From: Octopus vulgaris
Taxonomy: Eukaryota
Length of the DNA: 64,000 nt
Direction: 5' to 3'
NCBI GenBank assembly: GCA_951406725.2
Contig: OX597824.1
Span: 46,686,001 to 46,750,000, forward strand
The translations under genes were made by a program, and so were the position numbers. This document shows, in pieces, positions 1 to 12,623 of the stretch. The notes under the pieces are model-generated. The model made no database searches, had not been told where the DNA came from, and worked only from the letters and a program-made list of their open reading frames with translations. Within the stretch, counting starts at the first letter, position 1; every line of letters starts with the position of its first letter.

Positions 1-298
1 GACTATCATTGGCATGTCAAAACAAAGTTTCATTTCCACAGAACGGATATGTCTTGCCAATTCCGTAGTTGAAGAGTCATTTTTGAATTCATACTACATG
101 GAGTGTCTGACATGGATCTAATCTAAACTCATTCTAAAAAGGTAAAATTGATATGAATTTGACCATCTTGATATAGTGTAATTTTTAAAGAAAGAGAAAA
201 AAATGCATCAGAATGTAGAAATTTATCTTTATTTTACCGGAAGTACCCTAAAAGTGGTCGTGTCAAAAATACAACAGTATTTTCTTCTTACGAACATA

Positions 299-300
<2 letters not shown>

Positions 301-365
<65 letters not shown>

Positions 366-396
366 TGCGTGTGTGTGCGTGCGTGTGCGTGTGTGT
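301..396. repeat. (GT)n microsatellite
   Basis: Long GT dinucleotide run, degenerating to GTGC units; source of spurious poly-CV/HT ORFs. Confidence 0.95.
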
Positions 397-1042
397 ATAT
401 GGGTAGGAGTGTATTTGTATGTATGGAAGAGAGCGGGAAATGAGAGATATAGGGTGAAAGTACGCGTGGGTCTGTGCGCGTGTCCAAGAACACTCGCAGG
501 AATATGAAAATGTAAAACCAATGTGTGTGTGTGAGTTGTTGTTTGCATTACACACCTTCGACATTTTTCTATTCAAGAGTTTTACTAATGCGCTACTATT
601 TATACCTGCCACTGTTATAAAGAAAAACGATTTATTTCATATTTTTCAGTTTCTAAATTCTCGCTGATAACAAAAAATATCCTCTAAAATGGAAGGAAAA
701 TATTCGAAGTATTTTTTTTTTGGTGTAATTGTTTGATTACCCATCATGTTTACAGAGGATGTGGGTCCGTGTCTCACGAACAGTGTTCGAGATTTTCCAT
801 TCATGGGCCTTTTTTCTTCAATCCTTTTGCAGCTTTCTCTACTTTGAATTCGTTAAATAGAAACCGTTTATATAGATAGAGGGGTTAGACAGGATGATGG
901 GATCACCACTTTTTATTTAACTATCTTTCTATTGGTAATATGACTAATTCAAAGACTTCTAGCTTGTACATTTGACTTCATATGCATTTTGTATACCTTA
1001 CACTTCATGATATAACTATCTGGGGTTGTTTTTCTTCTCAGA

Positions 1043-1240
1043 TACCTATCTGATTTTCGAAGAAAACAAAGTGGAGGAGCACTGATAGCTGGAGTGTCAA
1101 ACATTAAAACTACTGAACTGTTGAATGTTTCGAGAGATACACTCTTTAAAATCATGTAGGCTTTCCAAAACGAAGATAAAGCTAGTTCTGGCAAGCATAA
1201 TTTTGTGGGAACGGCAAAGCTCAATGATAGAGATCACAGA
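1043..1240 (+). mobile_element. Tc1-like transposase N-terminal (HTH) remnant
   Basis: Manual translation YLSDFRRKQSGGALIAGVSNIKTTELLNVSRDTLFKIM*AFQNEDKASSGKHNFVGTAKLNDRDHR resembles the Tc1 N-terminus pattern LSDF.RGQIVGA..AG.S..KTA.L..VSR.TVS.VM; one in-frame stop. Confidence 0.65.
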
Positions 1241-1756
1241 ATAGCGAATGGTACTAAATTTGCATCTAATATAGGATACAATTTTCAAAAATGTTATCAG
1301 TGACCAGCATATTAACGTGAAAATTATAAACAAAGGGCAAAAGAAAAAATTTCTATTCCAAATATGCAGAAAATAGACTTAAAATCGTCAATAACCACAT
1401 ATAATTCATCACTGTCTCCAACTATGAGAATTTTCAGTCTGATCGCACGTGTCTCGAGGTGTATTACAAAATTTCTATTTGGATATATTTGGGGTACTTA
1501 AGTGTACACATGACTTTGCGTCGGCTTGTTCCATAGGTGCAAGTAAGCATTTCATTTATTTCTTAACGTATTTACCGCTGAAGACGAGAAAATTCTTTAT
1601 GAATCAACTCGGTAATAACGGAATTATTTAGAAATTTCTGTCAGCTTGCTTCGAGACATGTGCTTATAGTGACGAATTAAATGTGGTTATTGACGATTTT
1701 AAGTCTATTCTCGGCATATTTGGAACAGAATTTTTTCTTTTGTCCTTATTTATGAG

Positions 1757-1805
<49 letters not shown>

Positions 1806-2098
1806 AGGATAAAATTTTATTTTAAAAACTTTATAAAATCTTTTCAGACACCAAGAATTGACTTCATTTTTTCTCATTATTATTTGCAATTGCATCAGCA
1901 AATGTAGATATAAAGATATTCGGTAGATACAAAAGTCTGCCTCATTTGTTCCCGCTCACGAAAAGAATTCCCATATGTGTTCCGATTTGACTATAACAGA
2001 CTTCAGCTGAATCTGGGTACCCAGACTTTACAGGCATAGCTGTGCGATTTGGAATTTGGTAGATGGAAACTGTGTAGAATTTCGTGCCCACATAAACG

Positions 2099-3424
2099 AT
2101 GACGGGTAACGGAAATCCACGGACTGCCAGCTCAGAGAGCAACACTTGCCTGGCCACAGACATCATATTGAAAATCATCTCATCAACACAAAATCAAGAT
2201 ATAAAAAGTGTCTTGTTGAAATATGATATCAAACAGGAAAGTGGAGCAATATACAAAATATTTTCACCAACTGTAAGTTTACGATGTTAAAGAAAGCAGC
2301 AGCTTTCTTGAATGATGGTGTTCAAGTTGAGCTCACAAAATCAAACCTCACCAACTGGATTATAACAAGGATTGAAAACTTCCTCCCTGAGACTTGCAAA
2401 ATGTGTGACAAACAGTACTGCATTACATTTGGCCAATAACCAGCTTTGGCAAGGAATACACGAAGCGTGCTACTTAAAACAGATAAATAACCACACCATT
2501 CCAGATATCCTAGGCCTACACTGGCTATGCGGTTATTGTTCACCAAGGGCCACAATAACGAATGAACCTAGGACCCTACCACAGACAGGCCGTTCTAAAC
2601 AGACATTGATTGGCGAAACTGACATGGCAAATAAATCCTGCCACACACAGGCCATCCAAGTGCCTCTTGTAAATGACAAGAATGAAGACAATGACATGCA
2701 AACACCTACAAAACAAGAAACAGGAGATCCTGCAGAAAAAGACCAAACTTCCCACGAAAAGAAACAGATCCAGAGCAAACGCTCAAATGAAGAAAGGCCA
2801 GTATGTATCCATTACAGGAGCAACAAGTGCAAACATGGTCTTTCAGGTACAGGGTGCACGTACAGTCACCCCAAACCATGCAAACCATATATCAACTTCG
2901 GTACCGATCGAAAAAAAGGATGCCAAAATGGCCGAGAATGTGAACTCCTTCACCCAAAGATGTGCCGCAATTCGCTGAGAAAAAAAGAATGTTTTGGCGA
3001 GAATTGCAAATTTATGCACCGCATAAAAACTACTGAACCCACACCACCAGGACCAAGCTCAGCAGGGTATGAAAACCATTTCCCAAAAATGCGGAAACCA
3101 GGTCATGGCTCAACAGTGAATGAAAATCATGCTACTCAATTGCATACATCAGCTGTAACAAACCCAAACTCGCAGAAATTCGATATAGTAATGAATGAAA
3201 GCAGTTTTTTAGGCATAATCTACCAACTACAACAACAACTGTACTCCATACAGATGACTCAGCAAAACCAGGCAACATTGATACAAAGGCTGACACCTGG
3301 ACTTCCAGGGCACATACAACAAATACAGACAGCCCAGCAGACCGAATATCCAGTCAGCACAGTCCCAGCAACTACAACAGTCTTGCCAACAATAGGGCAG
3401 ATGTATCCGGTACAACAAGCATAA
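2099..3424 (+). pseudogene. LINE ORF1: PHD-finger remnant, three CCCH zinc fingers, Q-rich C-terminus (frameshifted, with stop)
   Basis: CKMC...H.AC...WLCGYC is split across frames near 2395-2540; tandem CCCH units at 2804-3019; Q/P-rich tail ending TAA at 3424. Confidence 0.75.
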
Positions 3425-6412
3425 TAACAGCAAATATCCCGGGTCTTTATCCGAAAACAAAACAGTGTAAAGTCCCTTTCTTGGAAGAATTAGCAACAGA
3501 AAACAACTCCAAAATAATTGGAATTACTGAAAGTCATCTCAACGAAAACATCTGCAACAGCGAAATCACAATCAATAGATTCAACATCTTCAGATGTGAT
3601 AGACAAGGCAGATCCCATGGGGGCGTTATCATGTATATCCATGATACCTATGCATGCATAGAACTTGTTAATGAATCAAATGCCTACTGCAACCTGCTGT
3701 GCATAAAAATCATCCAACTTAATACAGTTGTAACAATAATGTACAGACCGCCAAACAGCCCAACATTATCCTTCACTGAGCCACTGACAAAGCTCCAACA
3801 AATTCTGGGAAACATGGCGAGTCCAATGCCAGACATTATCCTCCTTGGTGACTTCAACTTCCCTAACATCATCTGGCCACATGGACACATACTAAAACTG
3901 GGGACAAAAGCTGAACAAATACAGGCAGCCAAACTGTTGGAAGTCACAGAGAAATTATACCTCAAACAAATGATGACAGAAGCAACAAGAAATAATAATA
4001 CGATCGACTTGGTTTTCACCAACAACGAGGACACGCTATTTGACCTTCACTCAACCCCAACAATCCTTTCAGACCACAATATTATTGAAATGCATTTACA
4101 CATTGGTAATGAGCCCAATGCCACAACTCTTAAACAAAAGGACATGCCAAAGCTATGCAGGTATGATTATCACCAGGCAAATTGGGAAACTATTAACAAC
4201 CAGTTACAAATTATTGACTGGGATCTCTACCTTACTGGGCCAGATAAACACAAGAAATTCTTAAACAAGATCGAAGAAATATGTGCAAAAAACATTCCTC
4301 TTAAGAAAACCAAATCCACAAAAAAACCTGTACCACGGGAGCGAAAGATCCTGATGCGCAAAAGGTCAAGACTAAGAAACAAAACATCTAAGCTGTCATC
4401 AAAACATGAATTACAGAAAGTCCTTGACCAAATATACAGATTAGAAGACAATCTAAAACAACACTATGATGAAGAACGTAACAATGCAGAAAAGAGAGCC
4501 ATAGAAAACATCAAGAAAAATCCAAAATGTTTCTACAGTTTTGCAAAGAAATACTCGAATACCAAGTCAACAATAGGACCTCTCCAGAGACAAAATGGGG
4601 ATGTAGTGAATAACCCTATTGAAATGGCAGAAATGTTGGGTCAACAGTATGAAAGTGTCTTCAGTGAGCCATCTAAAACCATGAAGATCCATGACCCAGG
4701 AAAATTCTTCAAGGATATCGACCATACAAAACCTACCCTATCCGACATTGATTTCAACCCAGAAGACATAGAAAGAGCCATAGACAAGCTCTCCATGCAC
4801 TCGGCTGCGGGGCCTGACGGTTTCAATGCCATGATACTTAAAAAACTGCAAGGTACAATTGTTGAAACCCCTTTACATGATATGGAGGGAATCTATGGAG
4901 AATGGCAAAATACCAAATACATATAAAGAAGCACACATAACTCCAATACATAAAGGGGACAGCAAATCAAAACCAAAGAACTACCGACCAATCTCACTGA
5001 CATCACACATTATCAAGGTCTTCGAAAGAATAGTTCGTGGAAAACTGGTTGAGTTCCTGGAATCTAACAATCTGATGAATTGCAACCAGCATGGATTCAG
5101 GTTAGGTAGATCATGTCTTTCCCAACTACTGGCACACCATGACCAAATCCTAGAAAATCTAGAGAATGGATACAACACAGATGTTATTTACCTCGACTTT
5201 GCCAAGGCATTTGACAAGGTAGATCATGGCATCCTGGGTCACAAACTTCGAAAGCTAGGAGTAGGAGGAAAAGTTGGTACATGGATACATGAGTTCCTTA
5301 CAAATAGAACTCAAACAGTCACTGTGAATGGAACCCATTCAACACCATCACCTGTGACCAGCAGTGTTCCTCAGAGTACAGTACTCAGCCCAATCCTGTT
5401 TCTCATCCTCATCTCTGACATAGATGAAGATACAACCAGCAACCTCTCATCCTTTGCTGATGACACCAGGGTCATGAGACAAATCAAAGACGAGGTGGAT
5501 ACAGAGGCCTTACAAAGGACCTGACCACCATATATAAATGGCAGGAAACAAACAACATGTTGTTCAATGATAAGAAGTTTGAACTAATTCGCTACGGAAC
5601 AGATCAAGATCTGAAAAATACAACAAACTACAGAAACCCATCAGGACAACAAATAATGGAAAAACAGTATGTGAAAGATTTAGGCATCCACATGGGAACC
5701 AGCCTAAAATTCAGAGAACACCTTGACTCAGTCTGTCTTACTGCAAGAAAGTACAGCGGGTGGATCTTGCGCACCTTCAAATCAAGAGATACCTCAACAA
5801 TGAAAACCCTCTGGAACAGTATGATACTTCCGAGGATTGACTACTGTTCTCAGTTGTGCTCACCAACAACAAAGGGCCAACTATCTAAGATGGAATCGCT
5901 CCAAAGAAATTTTACCTTATACTTCTCAGAAACGAGGGACCTGGACTATTGGCAAAGACTCAAAACCTTGAAGATGTACTCAATAGAAAGAAGATTTGAG
6001 CGATACCGAATTATATACATTTGGAAAAATGATAGAGCAAAAGGTGCCAAACTTTGGTATCAAAACCTACCACTCACTGCGCCACGGAAGACGCTGCCAG
6101 CTACCACTAATCAACAAAAAGGCTGGCCAGGCAGCAAAAGCCCTGCGAGAGTCAAGTCTGTTGGTTCGAGGAGCACAACTATTCAACTCCATTCCGGTAC
6201 ATATCAGAAATCTATCAGGATGCAGTGTGGAATCACTCAAATTGCAGCTGGATAGATACTTAAGCACCATTAGAGATGAACCCCATCTCCCAGGATATAC
6301 ACAACGAGCACAAACTGACTCAAACTCGCTCCTACACATGTCAAAAGTAAACAGAGAATACAACCTGGCATCCACACCAGACTCTGAGGGTGGAGTCTTC
6401 GACTTGGCCTGA
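3199..6412 (+). pseudogene. LINE ORF2 endonuclease-reverse transcriptase, 3 frameshifts (~4845, ~5520, ~6025)
   Basis: Track ORFs 3481-4926, 4859-5524, 5557-6255 and 5996-6412 are consecutive ORF2 pieces. The frame is open from 3199 and includes APE motif I (IITANIPGL) at 3421. Confidence 0.88.
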
Positions 6413-6961
6413 GCATGGACTCAAACTCAAATGAAATGAAATGAAATATATATATATACGTGCGTATGTGTTTGTGTGTGTGTCTACTGCTTGACAAGCG
6501 GTGTTGGTTTGTTCACATTCTCGTGCATAGCGGTTCGACAAAAGTGTCCTACAAAATGAGTACCATACTTAAAAGAAATAAGTGCAGATCGACAAAAACC
6601 TTTCATGGCAGTGCCCCAGAATGACCGCAGTCCAATGACGGGTACAAGTAAAAGAATAAAATAAGTCAGAGAGTAAAGGACAACTCTATTTTTATTCTCT
6701 TTCTCTCCCCCTCTCAACCCTTTCTCCCTTCATATTCTCTCTCAACGGAGAAAGAAAGCCTTGGTAAAACTTTCATAACTTTACCATGTACATCGGTAAT
6801 GAAGTTGATAGAGTAAAAGATGTTCGTATTCCATTACTTGCACTGTGTTGCGTCTGTAATCATGATGATCAGTTCTAACATGGCTCAGGTTATATAATAG
6901 TTAACTATTTACATCTGATCCATGGACTGTCTAGGATCATTGCGATTTATTTTATAGGAAA

Positions 6962-7022
6962 TCAATTCCGATCGACTTGAATCTTTATCTCAGTGGCATT
7001 CAGTATTTTGACTGTGTAGTCA
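6962..7022 (-). CDS. Candidate terminal coding exon of CFAP92-like gene (I|DYTVKILNATEIKIQVDRN*)
   Basis: Acceptor cacttgatttccag; phase 2 matches the AT|gtaagt donor at 12764; TGA at 6964-6962; AATAAA on the minus strand at 6951-6946. No recognisable homology. Confidence 0.4.
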
Positions 7023-7495
7023 CTGGAAATCAAGTGATGATATTACTGATGTATTTCACATGGAAAGTTAAGACTTAAAAGTAAAAAATTTAGGAAAAAT
7101 TTGTAGAAATGTATTACTTACAATACTTTATTAAAACGTGATTATTTAAGTAAATAAAACATGATTGCTATTTTTATTTCGGACCAAGCGTTCAGAATTT
7201 GATATCGTGCTTTAGTTAATATTTAACGAAACTAGTAAGTATTTTTTTTTTACATAATATAACTAAATTTTATAGATAACGAAAAAAGAAACATTTCGAA
7301 AATTATTTTCAAAATGTTTCAACTCGTGACAGTCAAATTGTTGTTTGCGGAGGAAGAGTGTTGGACTTCTTTAAAGTCTTATTCTCGCGCTTTTGTTCTT
7401 TCGTATCAAGGGTTGTAGTCACTGGTCTAGACGTCGAAAAGGGCGGGTTGATTCTCTCCATAGTCCTGTTGTGATAAAAAGTAAAAAAGCGTTAT

Positions 7496-7539
<44 letters not shown>

Positions 7540-7723
7540 CGTGTGAAAATAGCACCAGTCATCTTGCAATTCTTGTCACTGGAAACTACTAAGGCGACAA
7601 GTACAAGCTTTTGTTACTTACCTCCAATCACTATTCATTACGTGGGATGGTTATCCTCTGACAAGATGAGGCAATTATCATTCATTCATTCATTCATTGA
7701 TTCATTTATGCATGCATGTATGC

Positions 7724-7756
<33 letters not shown>

Positions 7757-7773
7757 TGTATGTATGTATGTAT

Positions 7774-10700
7774 GCTCGACTTATTGAAACAAGTAAGTTG
7801 AATCTTGGTACAGCAATCGGTAAAGACAGAACTGTTCCGAAGTTTTGCGCTTCGGTGGTGGCCGTATCACACTGAAACTTCATGAGCCTATTGGTGTAGT
7901 CTGGAGGGATGGTGCTGTCCCCAAAGACTGCAAGAATGCAATTATCCCCCTTCTCGATAAAGGAAAGGGAATCGAAATAAAGTGTGGTCATCAAGGAGGT
8001 ATTGCTGTACTGTCGGCAGCTGGCAAGGTTCTGTCAAGTATCTTTCATACTCATCCGAACTGAAGATGAGAAAACAGATGGGAGAGAAGGGTTTACGCAT
8101 CCAAGATGGACAAATAATCAAGTCCTACCTCTGGTCGCATGCTGTAGTGCTGACAGGGAAAGTGAATCGAGGGCGAATCGAAGTAAAGTAGATACCTCCG
8201 TCAACGATGATATCTCTGATACCCCTTATTCTGCTTGTTCCCCAATTCCCGCTCCTCAAAATTCACAGCTCAGCATCGTCTATACCAACTCGTGCTCCTC
8301 ATTTCCAAAGTTCAGCGAACTATTTACACTGGCCATGCGTGATTCCCCCGATGTGATAGCGATCACCGAGACTTGGCTAACTCCAGCAGTAAAGGACTCG
8401 GAAATCCACCTACAGGGCTACGCCCTCTTCAGATGTGACAGAGAAAAAAGACGAGGTGGAGGTGTTGCTGTGTATGTTAAATCTGATCTCAAACCGTCCA
8501 GCGGTATTCTACCCACTAATGCTCAACCTACAACAAAATTCGATGCCGTCTATTGCAAGCTGAGCCTATCCGGGTTTTGCCTGCCCGTGTTAGCTGTCTA
8601 CAGGCCGCCTCTTGCCGACCCCCAGGACGATGCTCATTTACTCGAAGCGATAAGATTCGTTTCAGCTTCTCATGACTGTTTGATATTAGGAGACTTCAAC
8701 GCTCCCACGATCGATTGGCCCGCATCAATTTGTACATCATCTTCCCGGTTCGGCCAGGCCCTTCTTGACGTGGCTGAAGATTGTTTTCTATCGCAACATG
8801 TCGAATATCCGACAAGGCATCAGTCTGGGCAGCAGCCATCTATGCTGGATCTGGTATTTTCCCGCTATCCAAGATCAGTGTCAGACGTATCTGTGTGCGC
8901 CCCTCTTGCCAAGAGTGATCATGCGGTCCTGAAGTTCGTCATGCACACCACATTTTCTACGCCCACGATTACTTCGCTGCCACGTAGAGTCTTCTCTGCA
9001 ATTAATCTTGAAATTCTAACCAAGGCTTCCGCGCTTCTGGACTGGCGATCCTTGATGACGTTGTCCTCAGTTGACGAACTATGGTCGTCCCTCAAAGCAT
9101 ATGTAATCTGGTTGACTGACCAAGCAGTTCCTGTCGGGCTTCCCAAGAAGAAGAAACACAAGCCCTGGCTGACGAAGAAGGTTAAAAGAGAACTTCGACT
9201 CAGAGATATTGCTTGGGCTGAATTCAAAAATCTGGATTCGACTGCAGCTTTTGAGGTGTACAAAACTCAACGAGACCGAGCCGTGAAAATTGAAAAGGAA
9301 GAACGCTTCAGATATGAATACAGAATCGCGGCAAACGCCAGCAGCAATCCAAAAACCTTCTTTGCCCATGTCCAACGGAATTCCCGCTTGAACAACCAAT
9401 TTACAACGTTGGTAGATTCAACAGGCGTATCGATTGAGGACCCTTATCAACAGAGTCAATTATTTGCCGAGGCTTTTTCAACTATTTTCAAACAAGATGA
9501 TGGTCGCGAACCCCCTCCATTTGATAGATCGGTACCTCCAATGCTTCGATTGGTCATCACGCGGGACGAAGTCGAACGCGTTATTCAAGGTCTCGATGTC
9601 AACAAGGGTCACGGCCCTGACGGCATACACCTACGGGTTATCAAAGCGTTGGCTCCGTTCATCTGCGAGCCCTTAACACGTCTATTCAATATGTCATTGG
9701 CGACGGCTGTTATACCTGCGGACTGGAGAACAGCGATAATCTGCCCAATTTTCAAGAAAGGGTGCCGCGAAGACCCGCTTAACTACAGACCGGTTTCCCT
9801 TACATCAATAATCAGCAAGATGTTCGAAACCATCCTTAAGAAAAGTATGATGCTCCACCTCCAAAACACAGCCTCTATCTCTGATTCCCAACACGGCTTC
9901 GTGCCGAAGAGATCATGCTTGACCAACTTACTGGTAATGGAAGAATTGGTGACGCGCATCCTCGATGATAGTGATGCTGTTGACATCGTTTTATTGGACT
10001 TTGCCAAAGCTTTTGACTCGGTAAACCACCGCCTATTACTTGTCAAGCTTCAAGCATATAGTTTCCATCCAGATATTGTACGATGGGTTGGTGCCTTCCT
10101 CTCAGATCGCTCCTTCCAAGTCCAAGTTAATGGTTCGCGGTCCGACGTCTCCAGTGCGAGCAGTGGCGTGCCTCAAGGTTCAGTGCTTGGGCCCTTATTG
10201 TTCTTAGTCTTCATAAATGACTTGCCCGACGACCTCACGCAACACACCCTTCTATTTGCCGAAGATGTCAAACCGGTCGCTCCTCGCGGTGATATAGAGG
10301 ATCTTCGTCGATGCCTCCACCAAATTTGGAGATGGTCTAACGAATGGGACCTGTGTCTGAACGTGTCAAAGTGCTGTCATCTGCCTGTTGGCTCTCCTCC
10401 TGCAACTCAACTTGATTTCGAGTCTGCTGCTGGAGAGGACCGATCAGGTAAAGGACATGGGTATCTTGGTGGATTCCTCCTTTTCGCCTTCGGCCCAGTG
10501 CGTCCATGCTGCCAACAAAGCACGCGGAGTTCTGTTCTTGATTCGACGGTCATTCGGAATGCTCACAGCAGCCATATTCCTACCGCTCTTTGTCACGCTG
10601 GTGAGACCCATATTGGAGTACGGGATTCAAGCCTCTTCTCCTTATCTCCTCAAAGACATACAGCATCTCGAAAGAGTCCAGAAGCTGGCTACCCGCATGG

Positions 10701-12623
10701 TTCTTGGTCTCAAGAATTTGTCTTATGAAGAAAGGCTGAAGACGCTCGACCTTTATTCTCTAGAAAAACGACGACGCCGTGGTGATCTCATTCTTGTTCA
10801 CAACATCATAAGAGGAAAGTGTAACCTCTCGAAAGAGCTGTTCTTCACTCCTGCTCCAGAGCGTCGGCTGCGGGGTCATTCCGAAAAGCTCTATCTGCGA
10901 CGATTTCATCTCAATCGAAGGAGAGGGGCTTTCTCCGTCCGGGTTGCGGATCCGTGGAATAAGCTGCCGGACGAAATGGTGAAGATGCCGACGACCGCTC
11001 GGTTCAAAGTCTCCCTTGACCACAAGTGGCCTGAACTCTTTACATGAACACCACCCTGTACATAACTCCATGTCCCCCTACATGGCCTTGCTTTTTTGCT
11101 TTTTGAGCCAAAAAATTAACTAGCTTAACTAACTAACATACTCGCCTGAATAAATACCCTTGCAAATGACGTCCTCTCAGAATTTCGATGTGGCTTTCGA
11201 TCTGGTAGAGGAACAATGGATATGATTTTCACAGCAAGATAAATGCAGGAGAGTATGCATCTCGTCCAGGTTTTCATTGATTTAACCAAAGCGTTCCATA
11301 CTGTGGATAGGGCACCCCTTGTAGAAAATACTCGACAAACTTGGTTATTTGAGTCACTTTGTTGCGATAATTAAATCATTTCGTGACGGAACAGAAGCAT
11401 AGGTCAATGTTTGTGGTGGCATGGTGAGACTCAACCTTGAAGAGAATAGTATCAAGCAAAGTGACAACCTTGTTTCAACTCACGTTACCTTGTATTTTGC
11501 TGCCACTCTAACTCATGCTATTTCGTTGTGGATTGCTCTTCTGGGAAATATATGAAGTACTGAACTTGTGGTCATCTCTTCAACTTCTGTCGATTTACTG
11601 CTAATTCAAAAGTTTTTCAGTCTCTTATTCGTGACCTCCTTTATACGGATGATTGGTACTTAATCGCTCAAACAGCTGAAGCCATGCAAATTCACATGAT
11701 CATATCTCTGCATCTTGCAAGATATTTGGACTCAGCATTAACTTGGATAAAGACTGTCGTTTCGGCCTGCGCCAGGAAACCCATACATGAGACCCCCACT
11801 ACTATCTTAGTTGAAGGAATAGTACTAAAAGTGGTAGACAAGTCTGCTTGGGCAACACACTCAGCCGTTCTTGTTCCTTGGATCATGAAATATCTTTAAG
11901 GCTTCAGAAGACAAGATTCCTTCAGGGTTCCTAAATCTAGTGTCTAGTCCCGACATAGCAGCACAAGGCGAAGAAATGTAGCTATGTACCGTGCATGAGT
12001 GCTGACATCGCTTCTTTACTTATGTGACACATGGAGCCTTTCAAGGATCATGTAAATGTCCTTGAACACTTCCAACAGAGATATCTGAGACACATTCTGA
12101 ATGTTGAGTGATCCTTGCGTACTCTAGTCAGAGGTCCGGTGGGGAGCCGACAACATTAGTATTGGGACAATGGTGTACAAGTACCGTTTACATTGGTCTG
12201 GATGCTATAAGGCGAACTTGTTTGTGAAAAGTACAACTCGGCAGGAACCATGACTACGTTTGAAGGATTATGTAAAGTCTTTGTTGAAGGCATAAGAGAC
12301 ATGGAAGGTCAATTGGGAAACCAATGCTTGTCATCGTCACTAATAGAGGAAACAAGTAAAGGAAGGAATGGATACTTAAAAAAAAAAACAAGCAAAAAAA
12401 CCCGCCATTTTCATGCTATATTTCAGTGAGCTGTTCGAAAACGTACCGCCGTTATAGTGAGTAGGGAAAGTTTAACCTGCAGTGTCTGAGGATGTTTGTG
12501 TTTATCAAGAGCTGGACTCGTTAATCACCAACAGAGCTGAAAGTGTAAAGTATAATTCTCTCTGAATGCACAATGTTCTCAATGGTCAGCGATGGTCTTC
12601 TTCAGTCACAAGTGGACAGCCAT
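7774..12623 (+). mobile_element. Degenerate RTE (BovB-like) LINE, split by nested CR1 element
   Basis: GIAVLSAAGKVLSSIFHT (to 8052) continues after the insert as RLNKY..ANDVLSEFRCGFRSGRGTMDMIFTAR (11144+); FIDLTKAF; C-terminal CSV*GCLCLSRAGLVNH finger; both ends abut (TATG)n. Confidence 0.8.
8053..11136 (+). mobile_element. 5'-truncated CR1-type LINE (ORF1 tail + nearly complete ORF2), TSD CATACTC, (TAAC)n tail
   Basis: CATACTC at 8046-8052 and 11137-11143; ORF2 with ITETWL, YRPP, GDFN, SDH, NYRPVSLT, LDFAKAFD, GVPQGSVLGP; catalytic motif mutated to FAED (10255-10266); frameshift near 10410; stop at 11047. Confidence 0.92.

Larger units (their letters stand above)
2080..6447 (+). mobile_element. 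Near full-length CR1/L2-type LINE (ORF1 + APE-RT ORF2), inserted within an older SINE
   Basis: ORF1 with PHD remnant and CCCH fingers; ORF2 with APE motifs (ITESHL, YRPP, GDFNFP, DLVFTN, SDHN) and RT motifs (NYRPISLT, QHGF, YLDFAKAFDKVDH, FADDT); (ATGAA)n tail at 6431-6445. SINE left half ends near 2079 (atttggtagatggaaactg) and its right half resumes near 6448. Confidence 0.9.

Noticed and set aside
203-612. Poly-CV/HT ORFs here and similar YI/MYVC ORFs throughout (12566-12808, 16773-17064, 18769-19205, 30738-31185, 39064-39875)
   Set aside because: Translations of di- and tetranucleotide microsatellites that lack stop codons.
949-1333. Minus-strand ORFs as further host exons
   Set aside because: Antisense to a Tc1 transposase remnant; no convincing splice or homology support.
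7984-8052. N-terminus of the 914-aa ORF
   Set aside because: The GTG start lies in the host RTE outside the TSD, so this is a chance read-through into the nested CR1 ORF2.
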